A stretch of DNA of 64,000 bases from an uncultured virus (IMG/VR IMGVR_UViG_3300037067_013436). Its lineage: Duplodnaviria; Heunggongvirae; Uroviricota; Caudoviricetes. Of this stretch, positions 1 through 9,788 are shown piece by piece; positions within the stretch are counted from its first letter, which is position 1, and every line of letters starts with the position of its first letter. A program made the position numbers and the translations under genes. Where the stretch lies: IMG/VR virus record IMGVR_UViG_3300037067_013436; one strand, written 5' to 3'. The notes under the pieces are model-generated. The model searched no databases, had not been told where the DNA came from, and worked only from the letters and a program-made list of their open reading frames with translations.

Positions 1-765
1 ATATTCACCATATCCTAATACGCCAGTATTTCTTTCTGGTTGTCTGGTGGTGCTTGTGCTATTATTCGCGTTAATGGTGGAGTCATGATAGTCGCCAGCT
101 ACACCAGTCCCTATTTCATCGAGATGCCATGCCCCTTTATAATCTGTGCTCCAGGTACTAGCTGCCGCTTCTCCATCTGGTGCATTTGGATTACCGTAGT
201 AAATGTAAAAGTCCGTTGGCTCTGTGTGGCTGATGAGCGGGATCTGTACCCAAAAGACAGCAGTGACGGCTGAGCCATTCCCACCAGACCAATATTCACG
301 TTCGTAATTCAACAAAGTAACGCCGTCAACTGCACTGAATCTGATGTCGTACCCAGTAGCCAGCGCCGTTGTCATATCAACATCAGCGTTTATTTTGACA
401 CAGAGTGGAAAATTGACCAGATCATCAGCGCCGACGTTTGTGTTGTCGATGGTGATTCGTTTGCGGTATTTCCAGTAATATCTCCAAACTGGTAGGCCAG
501 AAAACGAGCTGGAATATAAATTCAACGCTTGGTATGTGTCGATATCTGAGAGTGTGGAATAGCCGACACTATCGATCAGGCCAACAAACCATTTGGAATA
601 TTGTGCTCCATCATGAAAATTGGCATCGAGGATACTGTCTTTACCAGCATTTAGAACGCCGTTTGGGATTCGGTAGGAATTAATTACCTTCCCGTGGCGT
701 AAATGCTCGACGAAGAATTCACCTCTCGGCCTAACGGAATTTTCAGCACTCGACTGTGTTTTCAT
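1..765 (-). CDS. Partial (3' end outside window) virion protein: N-terminal domain paralogous to 12833..13369, then DUF2341-like domain leading into a LamG-like region
   Basis: Absent from the ORF track because it has no stop in the window. Manual translation from ATG 765: MKTQSSAENSVRPRGEFFVEH...WKYRKRITID...NFPLCV...GYDIRFSAVDGVTLLNYERE...FWVQIP...FYIYYGNP...WHLDE, which are DUF2341/LamG-type motifs. Confidence 0.8.
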   Translation of the reverse strand, partial: MKTQSSAENSVRPRGEFFVEHLRHGKVINSYRIPNGVLNAGKDSILDANFHDGAQYSKWFVGLIDSVGYSTLSDIDTYQALNLYSSSFSGLPVWRYYWKYRKRITIDNTNVGADDLVNFPLCVKINADVDMTTALATGYDIRFSAVDGVTLLNYEREYWSGGNGSAVTAVFWVQIPLISHTEPTDFYIYYGNPNAPDGEAAASTWSTDYKGAWHLDEIGTGVAGDYHDSTINANNSTSTTRQPERNTGVLGYGEY

Positions 766-781
766 AATATAAATTTGTCAT

Positions 782-2206
782 TTAGAGCTTGTTGTAATGC
801 CTTGACAGGCAGAAATCAACCGGCACGTCATCCAGTGCGTAACCAATTTTCACGATCGTTGTGGCGGTGAATGGTATTCCATAGAGAATACCGCTCGGAG
901 CCAAGATTACGCCAGCCCATTTTGTGGCACCAGAACCAAGAGCTCCGAAAGTTGCAGCTGTATCGTTTGTTGGGTCGATTCTCAGTACTGTGGCTATACC
1001 TGTGCTATGTGGTGGAGCATAAATCATACCGTTCGGAGCCAATGCCCCAGCCATCCATTTATATGTTGTAGCACCAAGAGCACCGAAATAAGTGGCTGTA
1101 TCTGTTGTTGTATCGATCTTCAAGAATGTTGCGGCGCTACACGGTATTCCGTAAATCATTCCATTTGGTGCTAGAACTCCATTATTCCATTTTGCTGCAC
1201 TAGCACCAAGACTACCAAATGTCGTAGCCGTATCTGTATCTGGATCGATCTTTAGGACTGTTGCACTTGTATAAGGTGTACCATAAATGCATCCATTTGG
1301 AGCGAGACAACCGCCGACCCATTTTAATCCGGCACCGAGACTACCAAATGTTGTAGCTGTGTCTGTAGTCGGATCGATCTTCAAGACTGTTGTGCTGTTG
1401 CACGGAATGCCATAAATCATACCATTCGCAGCCAAAACCGCACCCGCCCAATCGCTAGCACCAGCGCCGATCCCATCGGCAAATGTCGTTGATGTGTCCG
1501 TGGCCGGATCGATCTTCAAAATTGCGGTGCTGTCAGTAAAAGGGACGGCATAGATGTAACCGTTAGGAGCGAGCACACCACCATACCATTTTGCATTACC
1601 GGCATAGGTATCAAACGTCGTTGCCGTATCTGTGGTTGGATCGATCTTTAAGATCGAGTTTGATGCGTACGGAATACCATAAATGTAACCATTCGTTGCT
1701 AGTACACCTCCAAACCATTTATTTCCACCTGCTAATGACCCAAATACTGTGGCAACTTGATTAAAGCATGCCGCATTTGCTTCAGCTCTAATATTGATAG
1801 CTTGTCGTGTTTGAGTCCAAGCTAGGCTATTAGTATCCCATAGTGGAAAGTCGCCGTGGTTTACAACATCAACGTCAGTCAATTTTTGTATTGTACCGGA
1901 CTTCACAACCATTGGCTTTTCATATTCTGGTGCAGCCGCATCTACGAGAGGGCTGGCGATTTGACCTAACACTAACGTATTCGATCCATCTAAGTCGTAA
2001 TATGGCTCTGCTGTCAATATTTCAATGACTTGTCTGGTAGCTCGTGTCGTCCCATAAAGATATGGCGGTAAAGCATTGCCACCGCTTATCAGAACTTCTG
2101 TGATTTGTCTCGTGGCTCGCGTCGTCCCATACGTAAACGATGGCAAAACGTTGCCAGAGACCAAAACTTCCATTATTTGACGTGTGACTCGTGCTGTGCC
2201 AGCCAT
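782..2206 (-). CDS. Repeat beta-propeller protein (putative receptor-binding/fibre tip) with three N-terminal RxTRQxxEVL repeats
   Basis: About seven ~43-aa repeats KWxGGxLAPNGxIYxxPxxxxxxLKIDPxTDTATTFG; paralog of 2209..3630 and 13457..14590. Confidence 0.75.
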   Translation of the reverse strand: MAGTARVTRQIMEVLVSGNVLPSFTYGTTRATRQITEVLISGGNALPPYLYGTTRATRQVIEILTAEPYYDLDGSNTLVLGQIASPLVDAAAPEYEKPMVVKSGTIQKLTDVDVVNHGDFPLWDTNSLAWTQTRQAINIRAEANAACFNQVATVFGSLAGGNKWFGGVLATNGYIYGIPYASNSILKIDPTTDTATTFDTYAGNAKWYGGVLAPNGYIYAVPFTDSTAILKIDPATDTSTTFADGIGAGASDWAGAVLAANGMIYGIPCNSTTVLKIDPTTDTATTFGSLGAGLKWVGGCLAPNGCIYGTPYTSATVLKIDPDTDTATTFGSLGASAAKWNNGVLAPNGMIYGIPCSAATFLKIDTTTDTATYFGALGATTYKWMAGALAPNGMIYAPPHSTGIATVLRIDPTNDTAATFGALGSGATKWAGVILAPSGILYGIPFTATTIVKIGYALDDVPVDFCLSRHYNKL

Positions 2207-2208
2207 GA

Positions 2209-3630
2209 TTAAAACCTATTGAAATGCCGAGATAAACAGAAATCTAAAGGAACGTCATCGAGATCGCTACCAAGCTTCAATATTGTTGTGGCTCCAAAAG
2301 GGATACCATATATAATGCCGCTTGGTGCTAATATCATACCGGTAAATTTGTAATCTTCAGCGGCAAGCGCTCCGAAAGTGGTAACAATATCAGTCGTTGG
2401 ATCGATCTTCAATACCTGCAATATTGAAGAGTAGTATGGAGCGCAGTAGATCATTCCGTTTGGCGCTAGAGCACCAGTCCTCCATTTATATGTTGTTGTA
2501 CCGAGACTGCCAAATGTCGTTGCCGTGTCTGTCGAAGGATCGACTTTTAGAACCGTCGCACTTGAATATGGAACTCCGTAGATACAGCCACTTGTGGCCG
2601 ACATACCACCAAACCATTTGAATGTCCCAGTTAATGATCCGAAAGTCGTTGCCGTGTCTGTCGAAGGATCGACTTTTAGAACCGTTGTGCTTGAATATGG
2701 AATTCCGTAGATGCAACCGTTTGGAGCGAGACAACAACCCACCCATTTTGAACCAGCACCAAGACTACCAAAGGTTGTGGCCGTGTTGGTTGTTGGGTCG
2801 ATCTTTAAAATAGACGTGTTGTTACATGGGACACCATAAATCATGCCGTTGGCCGCTAGTACCGCACCGGACCAGTCGCTAGCACCGGTACCGATCCCAT
2901 CAGCAAATGTTGTTGACGTATCGGTGGACGGATCGATCCTTAGAATAGCAGTGCTAGTAAATGGCACTGCATATATGTAACCATTAGGAGCTAGTACACC
3001 GCCACGCCATTTCGCACTACCAGCATAGTCGTCGAAGGTAGTCGCTGTATCTGTGGTCGGATCGATTTTCAATATTGAAGTACTGGTATATGGTATGCCA
3101 TAAATCATACCGTTTGGTGCTATTACACCGCCCGCCCATTTATTGCCACCAGTGCTAAAACTTCCGAATGTTGTTGCGATTTGATTAAAGCAAGCTGCAT
3201 TTGCTTCCGCTCTGACATCGATTGCCTGCCGTGTCTGTGTCCAGGCTAGGCTATCCGTCGACCAAAGCGGGAAGTCGCCGTGATTTACAACGTCTGTATT
3301 AGGTAGTGTTTGTATTCTGCCAGATCCAGATACAAGTGGTGCTTGATATTCTGCTGTAGTAGCGACCGACAATGGGCCAGCCAATTGACTAAGCACTATC
3401 GTGCTTGATCCATTGAGGTCATAATATGGGTCTGCGGTCAGGACTTCTATTATCTGTCTGCAAGCTGATGATGAGCCATAAGTATATGGAGGCAACGCAT
3501 TGCCGCCGCTGACTAGAATTTCAACGATCTGTCTGGTCGTTCTCGATGTTCCGTAAGTATATGGCGGTAGTATATTGCCAGTCACCAAAACTTCAATTAT
3601 TTGTCTCGTAGCACGTGCTGTTCCAGCCAT
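2209..3630 (-). CDS. Repeat beta-propeller protein, paralog 2
   Basis: Same repeats and C-terminus (DDVPxDFCLSRHxN) as 782..2206. True start is ATG 3630 (MAGTARAT), overlapping the upstream TAA (TAATG). Confidence 0.75.
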   Translation of the reverse strand: MAGTARATRQIIEVLVTGNILPPYTYGTSRTTRQIVEILVSGGNALPPYTYGSSSACRQIIEVLTADPYYDLNGSSTIVLSQLAGPLSVATTAEYQAPLVSGSGRIQTLPNTDVVNHGDFPLWSTDSLAWTQTRQAIDVRAEANAACFNQIATTFGSFSTGGNKWAGGVIAPNGMIYGIPYTSTSILKIDPTTDTATTFDDYAGSAKWRGGVLAPNGYIYAVPFTSTAILRIDPSTDTSTTFADGIGTGASDWSGAVLAANGMIYGVPCNNTSILKIDPTTNTATTFGSLGAGSKWVGCCLAPNGCIYGIPYSSTTVLKVDPSTDTATTFGSLTGTFKWFGGMSATSGCIYGVPYSSATVLKVDPSTDTATTFGSLGTTTYKWRTGALAPNGMIYCAPYYSSILQVLKIDPTTDIVTTFGALAAEDYKFTGMILAPSGIIYGIPFGATTILKLGSDLDDVPLDFCLSRHFNRF

Positions 3631-4646
3631 TACATCACCCTCACTCCAATCAATGCCGATCCTAAACCAGCTATCGTCCAAGGTTGTCCGGTGTTTGGAT
3701 CTATCGTACTGATATGTCGCACGTCGCCATAAGACGAGCTACTTAGTACTGTATCAGGCCCTAATTCAGTGACGCCGTTTGATACGATAGGTGCTTCGAA
3801 CACAATCGATACGCCTGCAGACAAAGCAACAGTAGAATTAACCTGTAATCCTAAAATAGTACCAGAACCAACTAGTGTTGGATATTCATATAGATCTGTG
3901 TTTGCTTGTGTGCTAGTTGAGACGTAATCTGTAGCAGCATTTGGCGGGTTTTCATCCACAAGATTATAGTGTGTTGAGCCGGTACTGGGTGCCCATTGTA
4001 CTGTCGCCGTATCGGCCTTAGGAAAAATCCCGACGACATTGCAGACACCTTGAAAGTTATTCAAGCTGGTGCCGGTACCATCACATATATAATAATCATC
4101 AATATAACCATATTCAAGATAGATTCTAACTCGATCACAAAAAGCGTCAGCACCATTCTTCGTATCTATGCCGGATATCGACACGACTGTTGCGCCATTA
4201 ATGCGTACTTCTACAGCTCCGCTTGTGTCGTGACAGAACGACTTGACTTCAACATAATACCACGTATTGGTTAATAAAGTTGACGCTAATGTTGTTGTAC
4301 TTAATGTAGTAGAACCGCGTTTAAGGACGACGGTTGATGGTACTGTTGGGTTAAATGTTACGTTTATACCTGCAGTCGCATTATCGACAAACGAAATAGC
4401 TCCAAAAGCATTTGTCTGTAGAAAGTAAAACGCACAGCCAACAATGAGTGTTGGATCAATTGTCAAGGCTGGCGTAATAAAGCTCCAATTTATGTAGGCC
4501 GAATTCCAGCAATAACCAGAGACTCGGCCAGCAGCAATATATAAGTTACTAGCGGAAGAATCGGGATATCTATATTGTAATGACGCATTTGCAACACTGC
4601 CACTTGTCCCGTATCCTTCGAATCCATCTATCCAGATCAATGCCAT
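3630..4646 (-). CDS. Tandem-array paralog 9 (concanavalin/LamG-like beta-sandwich virion protein)
   Basis: MALIWIDGFEGYG...WYYVEVK...VEVRING...DDYYICDG...THYNLVDENP...GVRVM. Confidence 0.75.
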   Translation of the reverse strand: MALIWIDGFEGYGTSGSVANASLQYRYPDSSASNLYIAAGRVSGYCWNSAYINWSFITPALTIDPTLIVGCAFYFLQTNAFGAISFVDNATAGINVTFNPTVPSTVVLKRGSTTLSTTTLASTLLTNTWYYVEVKSFCHDTSGAVEVRINGATVVSISGIDTKNGADAFCDRVRIYLEYGYIDDYYICDGTGTSLNNFQGVCNVVGIFPKADTATVQWAPSTGSTHYNLVDENPPNAATDYVSTSTQANTDLYEYPTLVGSGTILGLQVNSTVALSAGVSIVFEAPIVSNGVTELGPDTVLSSSSYGDVRHISTIDPNTGQPWTIAGLGSALIGVRVM

Positions 4647-4656
4647 TTTAACCTCA

Positions 4657-5673
4657 CTACATAACTTTTAGACCGATTTGTGCTTCTGCAAGATTTGCTG
4701 CTGTCCAACCTGCTCCTGTATTCGGGTCTGTTTCACTTATTCGGCGTATTTCTCCAAAAGTAGTACTTGTTAATGTCGTATCGACACCAAGGTCTATTAC
4801 GCTATTTGATGAAATTGGTGCTTCGATAATTATTCCTATTCCAGATGCAAGTTTGCAGATGGTCGAAATTTGAATCCCGATTATAGTGTTCGCTATGCTC
4901 AGCATCTGATAATTATATAAGTCTATCTGTGCTTGTGTGCCGCTAGAGACGTAATCTGTCGTACTGTATGGATTTTCGTCGACTAGATTATAGTGCGTTA
5001 AACCAGTGCTTGGAGTCCATTGGACGGTTGCGGTGTCAGCTTTTGGTAATAATGGAAGTATCTTACAGACGCCCTGAAAATCGTTTGTAGTTGTACCAGA
5101 ACTGTCGCAGATGTAAAAATCATCGTACCAGCACCAATTAGATGATGAGAGTCTGACCTTATTATGGCACAGGTTTGTTCCAGCTTGTGTATTGATATCT
5201 GTAAGTGATATAATTGAAGTACCATTTATTCTTATTTCCACAGTCCCAGCAGTAGGATGACAGAACACCTTAAGCTCGAAGTAGTACCAAGCGCCAGTCT
5301 GTAATGCTGGAACGATGTTAGTAGTATTAATGACTGTACCACCTAGCTTCACTACTATAGTCGATGTAGGAGCAGTCGCACTAATAACTATATTCAAGCC
5401 GATGACTGCAGTATCTAGAAACGTTAGCGTTGCTGTGGTAGTGGTACCTTCGAAGTATAATGCTATGCCCGTAATCAGTGTTTGGTCGCCTGTTAATACG
5501 GGCGTCGTAAATGAGTTGGTATAGGATTGCATACTGTAGCCAGTTGATCGACCGGCTTTTAAATAGCAATTGCTAGTACTAGAGCCAGGATATCTGAAAG
5601 TTAAACTAGAAGACGGCGTACCACCTACTGTCACGCCATAACTCTCAAATCCGTCTATCCAAAGCAGTGCCAT
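4657..5673 (-). CDS. Tandem-array paralog 8
   Basis: Same conserved motifs as the other eight copies. Confidence 0.75.
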   Translation of the reverse strand: MALLWIDGFESYGVTVGGTPSSSLTFRYPGSSTSNCYLKAGRSTGYSMQSYTNSFTTPVLTGDQTLITGIALYFEGTTTTATLTFLDTAVIGLNIVISATAPTSTIVVKLGGTVINTTNIVPALQTGAWYYFELKVFCHPTAGTVEIRINGTSIISLTDINTQAGTNLCHNKVRLSSSNWCWYDDFYICDSSGTTTNDFQGVCKILPLLPKADTATVQWTPSTGLTHYNLVDENPYSTTDYVSSGTQAQIDLYNYQMLSIANTIIGIQISTICKLASGIGIIIEAPISSNSVIDLGVDTTLTSTTFGEIRRISETDPNTGAGWTAANLAEAQIGLKVM

Positions 5674-6714
5674 TTACATCACCCTCACGCCTATCTGTGC
5701 TGCGTTCAATCCAGCCGCCGTCCATGGTTGATTTGTGTTCGGATCGAATTCACTTATATGTTGATATTCATAATAGCTGCTACTGGTTAGAGTGTAATCG
5801 GGGCCGAGATCAGTCGCCCCATTTGATACAATAGGCGACTCAAGAATAATAGAATCACCGGCAGATAACGATGCCTCTGTGTTAAGCTGAATACCAAGAA
5901 TTTCACCATTACCATCGTAATTAATCAAGCTTGGGTAAGTAAAAAGATCTGTATCAGTTTGTGTACTGCTAGAAATATAAGTAGTATTGCCATCTGCTGG
6001 ATTTTCATCTACTCTGTTATAATGAGTGGTGCCTGAATTTGGTGTCCAATCTACAATCTCAGTGTCTGCACTTGGAAATAAACCTATTATTCTGCATATA
6101 CCTTGAAACCCATTTACTCCAGAGCCAGTGGCATCACAGATATAGAAGTCATCTAAAAATTGTTTCAGATATAATGATATTCTGACCTTATCGTGATATG
6201 TATTTGCACCAGCTTGAGTATTAATACCGGCTAGCAGTATAATTGTTTTACCATCTATCCGTACCTCTACTGTACCGCTTGTTGGATGACAAAACACTTT
6301 CATTTCCAAATAGTACCAAGTATCAAGCAGCAACGTGCTGCTAGAATATGTTGCGAGTGTCGTGTCACCAAGACTTAATGTTATGATGGATGGATAGTTG
6401 TGAGGATGAATCGTTATATTAATGCCTTTAGTAGCTCCATCAAATAATTCAATCGTTGTTATAGCTTCGACAACCTGCCACGATAACGCACATCCGATTG
6501 TTAGTGTTGGGTCGATTGTCAGAGCAGGTGTTGTTATGGCACTTGTTGCACCAGTAGTAAAATGATAGCAGCAATATCCACCAACCCGACCAACTCCGAC
6601 ATACCAGCGATCGTCTTGTACACCGTAGCGTCTTTGTTGCAATAGAGACGTTATGGCTGAAGAGATCTGTGGCGGGCCATATCCCTCGAATCCGTCTATC
6701 CAAAGCAATGCCAT
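5674..6714 (-). CDS. Tandem-array paralog 7
   Basis: Same conserved motifs. Confidence 0.75.
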   Translation of the reverse strand: MALLWIDGFEGYGPPQISSAITSLLQQRRYGVQDDRWYVGVGRVGGYCCYHFTTGATSAITTPALTIDPTLTIGCALSWQVVEAITTIELFDGATKGINITIHPHNYPSIITLSLGDTTLATYSSSTLLLDTWYYLEMKVFCHPTSGTVEVRIDGKTIILLAGINTQAGANTYHDKVRISLYLKQFLDDFYICDATGSGVNGFQGICRIIGLFPSADTEIVDWTPNSGTTHYNRVDENPADGNTTYISSSTQTDTDLFTYPSLINYDGNGEILGIQLNTEASLSAGDSIILESPIVSNGATDLGPDYTLTSSSYYEYQHISEFDPNTNQPWTAAGLNAAQIGVRVM

Positions 6715-7734
6715 TTACATCACCTTTATTCCAAATTGCGCTGCAGCTAAGCCTTCTATTGTCCAAGGTTCTCCTGTGTTGGGGTCTACTTCACTAATAT
6801 GTCTCAATTCTTGATAGCTAGAGCTTGAATAAACAGATTTTGGTCCTAAATCGACTATATCATTCGATACGATCGGGGCCTCAATAATCACTGATGTACC
6901 ACTATTCAACATAACCATAGAGCTTATTTGTATTCCAAGAATAGGATCGGTCCTAATTATACTTGGGTAAGAGTATAAATCCTCTTGTGCTTGCACATTA
7001 CCTAATACATAACCTGCGGTATCAGGTGGATTTTCATTCACCAGATTATAGTGTGTTATCCCAGTGCTTGGTGTCCACTGGTTTGTTTCTGTGTCAGCAT
7101 CCGGAAATAAACCGATAATTGAGCATATACCCTGAAAATCGTTGCATGCAGTTCCAGAGCCATCACAGATGTAAAAGTCGTCTGTCCACGAATGTGGTGT
7201 CATGTCGAATCTAACTATATTGTGGAAAGCATCTATACCTGCTTGTGTATTGATATCAGCAATAGACACGATTGTTGTGCCATTTAGACGAACTTCAATG
7301 CTACCGTTTGTTGGATGGCATACCACTTTCATTTCGATATAGTACCATACATTCATTAAAAATGTGAAATCGGTGAAAGTGTCGACAACAGATCCTCCTA
7401 CTTTTACAACGATAGTTGAGGGGCTACTTGCACTTAGTCTAATATTGACGCCTTGCTGTGAATTATCATAAAACGAAATAATCTGAGTATAAGTTGTGGC
7501 GTCCCACATGAATGCGGCACCGAAAATAAGCGTGGGATCTTCTGTTAATGGTGGCGTCCAAAATCCAGTAACAGTACTATTTGCTGTGTTATGGTATGAA
7601 AATCCAGATAACCGTCCGACACCCACACCGGCATATGCTCCGCCATAGACGCCATAGCCACGCTGCGAGAGCTTGGTGTCGAGAGCACCAGTCGTCCCGT
7701 ATCCTTCAAATCCGTCTATCCAAAGTAAAGCCAT
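6715..7734 (-). CDS. Tandem-array paralog 6
   Basis: Same conserved motifs. Confidence 0.75.
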   Translation of the reverse strand: MALLWIDGFEGYGTTGALDTKLSQRGYGVYGGAYAGVGVGRLSGFSYHNTANSTVTGFWTPPLTEDPTLIFGAAFMWDATTYTQIISFYDNSQQGVNIRLSASSPSTIVVKVGGSVVDTFTDFTFLMNVWYYIEMKVVCHPTNGSIEVRLNGTTIVSIADINTQAGIDAFHNIVRFDMTPHSWTDDFYICDGSGTACNDFQGICSIIGLFPDADTETNQWTPSTGITHYNLVNENPPDTAGYVLGNVQAQEDLYSYPSIIRTDPILGIQISSMVMLNSGTSVIIEAPIVSNDIVDLGPKSVYSSSSYQELRHISEVDPNTGEPWTIEGLAAAQFGIKVM

Positions 7735-8765
7735 TACATCACCCTCACGCCTATTTGTGCTGCGTTCAGTCCATCTACCGTCCAGACAGAACCGGTGTGC
7801 GGATTTGTCGTACTGATATGTTTAAAGTCCGTATAGGTGCCGCTCGTCAGCGTATAGTCAGGACCTAAATCGGTAGTCCCATCCGATACTACCGGTGTTT
7901 GTAGAACAATCGAAGTACCATCCGATAGCATCGCTTGTGTGTTCAATTGGAATCCAATGATCGTACCAGTACCGATTAGATCTGGATATGTGTAAAGATC
8001 GGTATTGGTTTGAGTACTGCTAAAAATATAATCACTGGTATTTGGTGGGTTGCTATCAACGAGGTTGTAGTGTGTGCTCCCAGAACTTGGTGTCCATTCG
8101 ATAGTGTCTGTATCGGCGTTCGGTAGTAGGCCGACCACTTTACAAACGCCCTGTAAGTTGTTGACTGTCGTACCAGAACCATCACAAACATAAAAATCGT
8201 CAAGATAATTAAATTGGGCACCAGTTAAGCTCACTTTATCGTGATATGCATGAGCACCAGTCTGTGTGTTAATGCCTGTTAGTGATATGACCGTAACTCC
8301 ATCTATCCGTACCTCTACTGTACCACTCGTAGGATGGCAGAACACTTTCATTTCTAGGTGATACCACTCACTATATCGCATAGTAAAAGAAGAATATGTA
8401 GTGATTGTACTTGCGCCAAGATTTAATGTGAGTGTCGACGGTGCAGTCGGTCTCAATATAGCATTTATCCCAAGTGTCGCTCCATCATAGAAATTAATCG
8501 ATGATGTGTTATTGCCAAAAAACATAAAAGCACAACCTGCTATCAATGTCGAATCTGTTGTTAGTGCTGGAGTAGTGAATATCACCTTATTTAGGCTGTC
8601 ATGTGCGACGTTATTACGTATGCTATAACCAAACATTTTCCCTGCTGCGATATAAGTGTAGCTAGAAACGTCTGAGTAACCACGTGCGGCTAAAATAGAA
8701 GAGCTGACATAGCTACCAGTAACCACTCCGTATCCTTCGAATCCATCTATCCAAAGTAATGCCAT
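7734..8765 (-). CDS. Tandem-array paralog 5
   Basis: Same conserved motifs; TAATG overlap with the next gene. Confidence 0.75.
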   Translation of the reverse strand: MALLWIDGFEGYGVVTGSYVSSSILAARGYSDVSSYTYIAAGKMFGYSIRNNVAHDSLNKVIFTTPALTTDSTLIAGCAFMFFGNNTSSINFYDGATLGINAILRPTAPSTLTLNLGASTITTYSSFTMRYSEWYHLEMKVFCHPTSGTVEVRIDGVTVISLTGINTQTGAHAYHDKVSLTGAQFNYLDDFYVCDGSGTTVNNLQGVCKVVGLLPNADTDTIEWTPSSGSTHYNLVDSNPPNTSDYIFSSTQTNTDLYTYPDLIGTGTIIGFQLNTQAMLSDGTSIVLQTPVVSDGTTDLGPDYTLTSGTYTDFKHISTTNPHTGSVWTVDGLNAAQIGVRVM

Positions 8766-9788
8766 TTACATTGCCTTTATTCCAATTTGGGCTGCTGCCA
8801 AGTCCGCAACCGTCCATGCTGTTCCCGTATCTGGATTTGTCATACTGATATGGCGAGCGTCGTAATAAGATGAGCTTAAAATTTGGGTATCTGGTCCAAA
8901 ATCGATTATCCCGTTTGACACTATTGGTGACTCGATAATAACGGATGTACCTGATGGCAGACTCGCTTGTGTGTTTACTTGGATGCCAATGATTGTAGTA
9001 TCGCCAGTCAGGGAAGGATACGAATATAGATCTGTATCCGATTGTGTGCCAGTCGAGACGTAATCTGATGTATTTCGCGGATTTTCATTTACCAAATTGT
9101 AGTGAGTCGTTCCGGTACTCGGTGCCCATTGTATTGTGGCTGTATCAGCATTTGGAAAGATACCAATAACCTTACAGACTCCCTGGAAATCGTTACAGGT
9201 CGCACCAGTGCCATCGCAGACGTAAAAATCGTCACATTGACTGTGATAACTCCCTCCCAAGCTGACCATATTATAATAGGGCTCAGCTCCCGTTTGTGTA
9301 TTTATACCACTTAGTGAAATGATTGTCGTGCCGTTTAGGCGTACTTCAATTGTACCGTCAGTTGGATGACAAAGTACTTTAACTTCTAGATAATACCAGA
9401 TATTTGTATTAATTAAGACTTGGAAACCAGAAAAGGTTTCAAGCGCAGTATCGCCCAAGTTCGCCGTAATACTTGATGAAGAGGCTGGATTAAATACGAC
9501 ATTCACACCCAATGTGCCGTTATAATAAAAACTGATACCAGCGTAGCGATCACTAAAGGGAAAATAAAAAGCACAGCCAGCTATCAGCGTAGAATCAGTG
9601 GTCAGTGCTGGAGTTGTAAGCAAACTCCCAAAGTTGGATATATTTGGCTTCGCGCCATATCCAAACATTCTTCCAGTAGTTAAGTAAGTAGAGCTATTAA
9701 CATATGAATAGCCTCTTGCTGGTATGTAGGCATTGCTACCGATCGTTGTGCCGTATCCTTCGAAGCCTTCGATCCAAAGTAGTGCCAT
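8766..9788 (-). CDS. Tandem-array paralog 4
   Basis: Start corrected to ATG 9788 (MALLWIEGFEGYG), TAATG overlap. Confidence 0.75.
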   Translation of the reverse strand: MALLWIEGFEGYGTTIGSNAYIPARGYSYVNSSTYLTTGRMFGYGAKPNISNFGSLLTTPALTTDSTLIAGCAFYFPFSDRYAGISFYYNGTLGVNVVFNPASSSSITANLGDTALETFSGFQVLINTNIWYYLEVKVLCHPTDGTIEVRLNGTTIISLSGINTQTGAEPYYNMVSLGGSYHSQCDDFYVCDGTGATCNDFQGVCKVIGIFPNADTATIQWAPSTGTTHYNLVNENPRNTSDYVSTGTQSDTDLYSYPSLTGDTTIIGIQVNTQASLPSGTSVIIESPIVSNGIIDFGPDTQILSSSYYDARHISMTNPDTGTAWTVADLAAAQIGIKAM

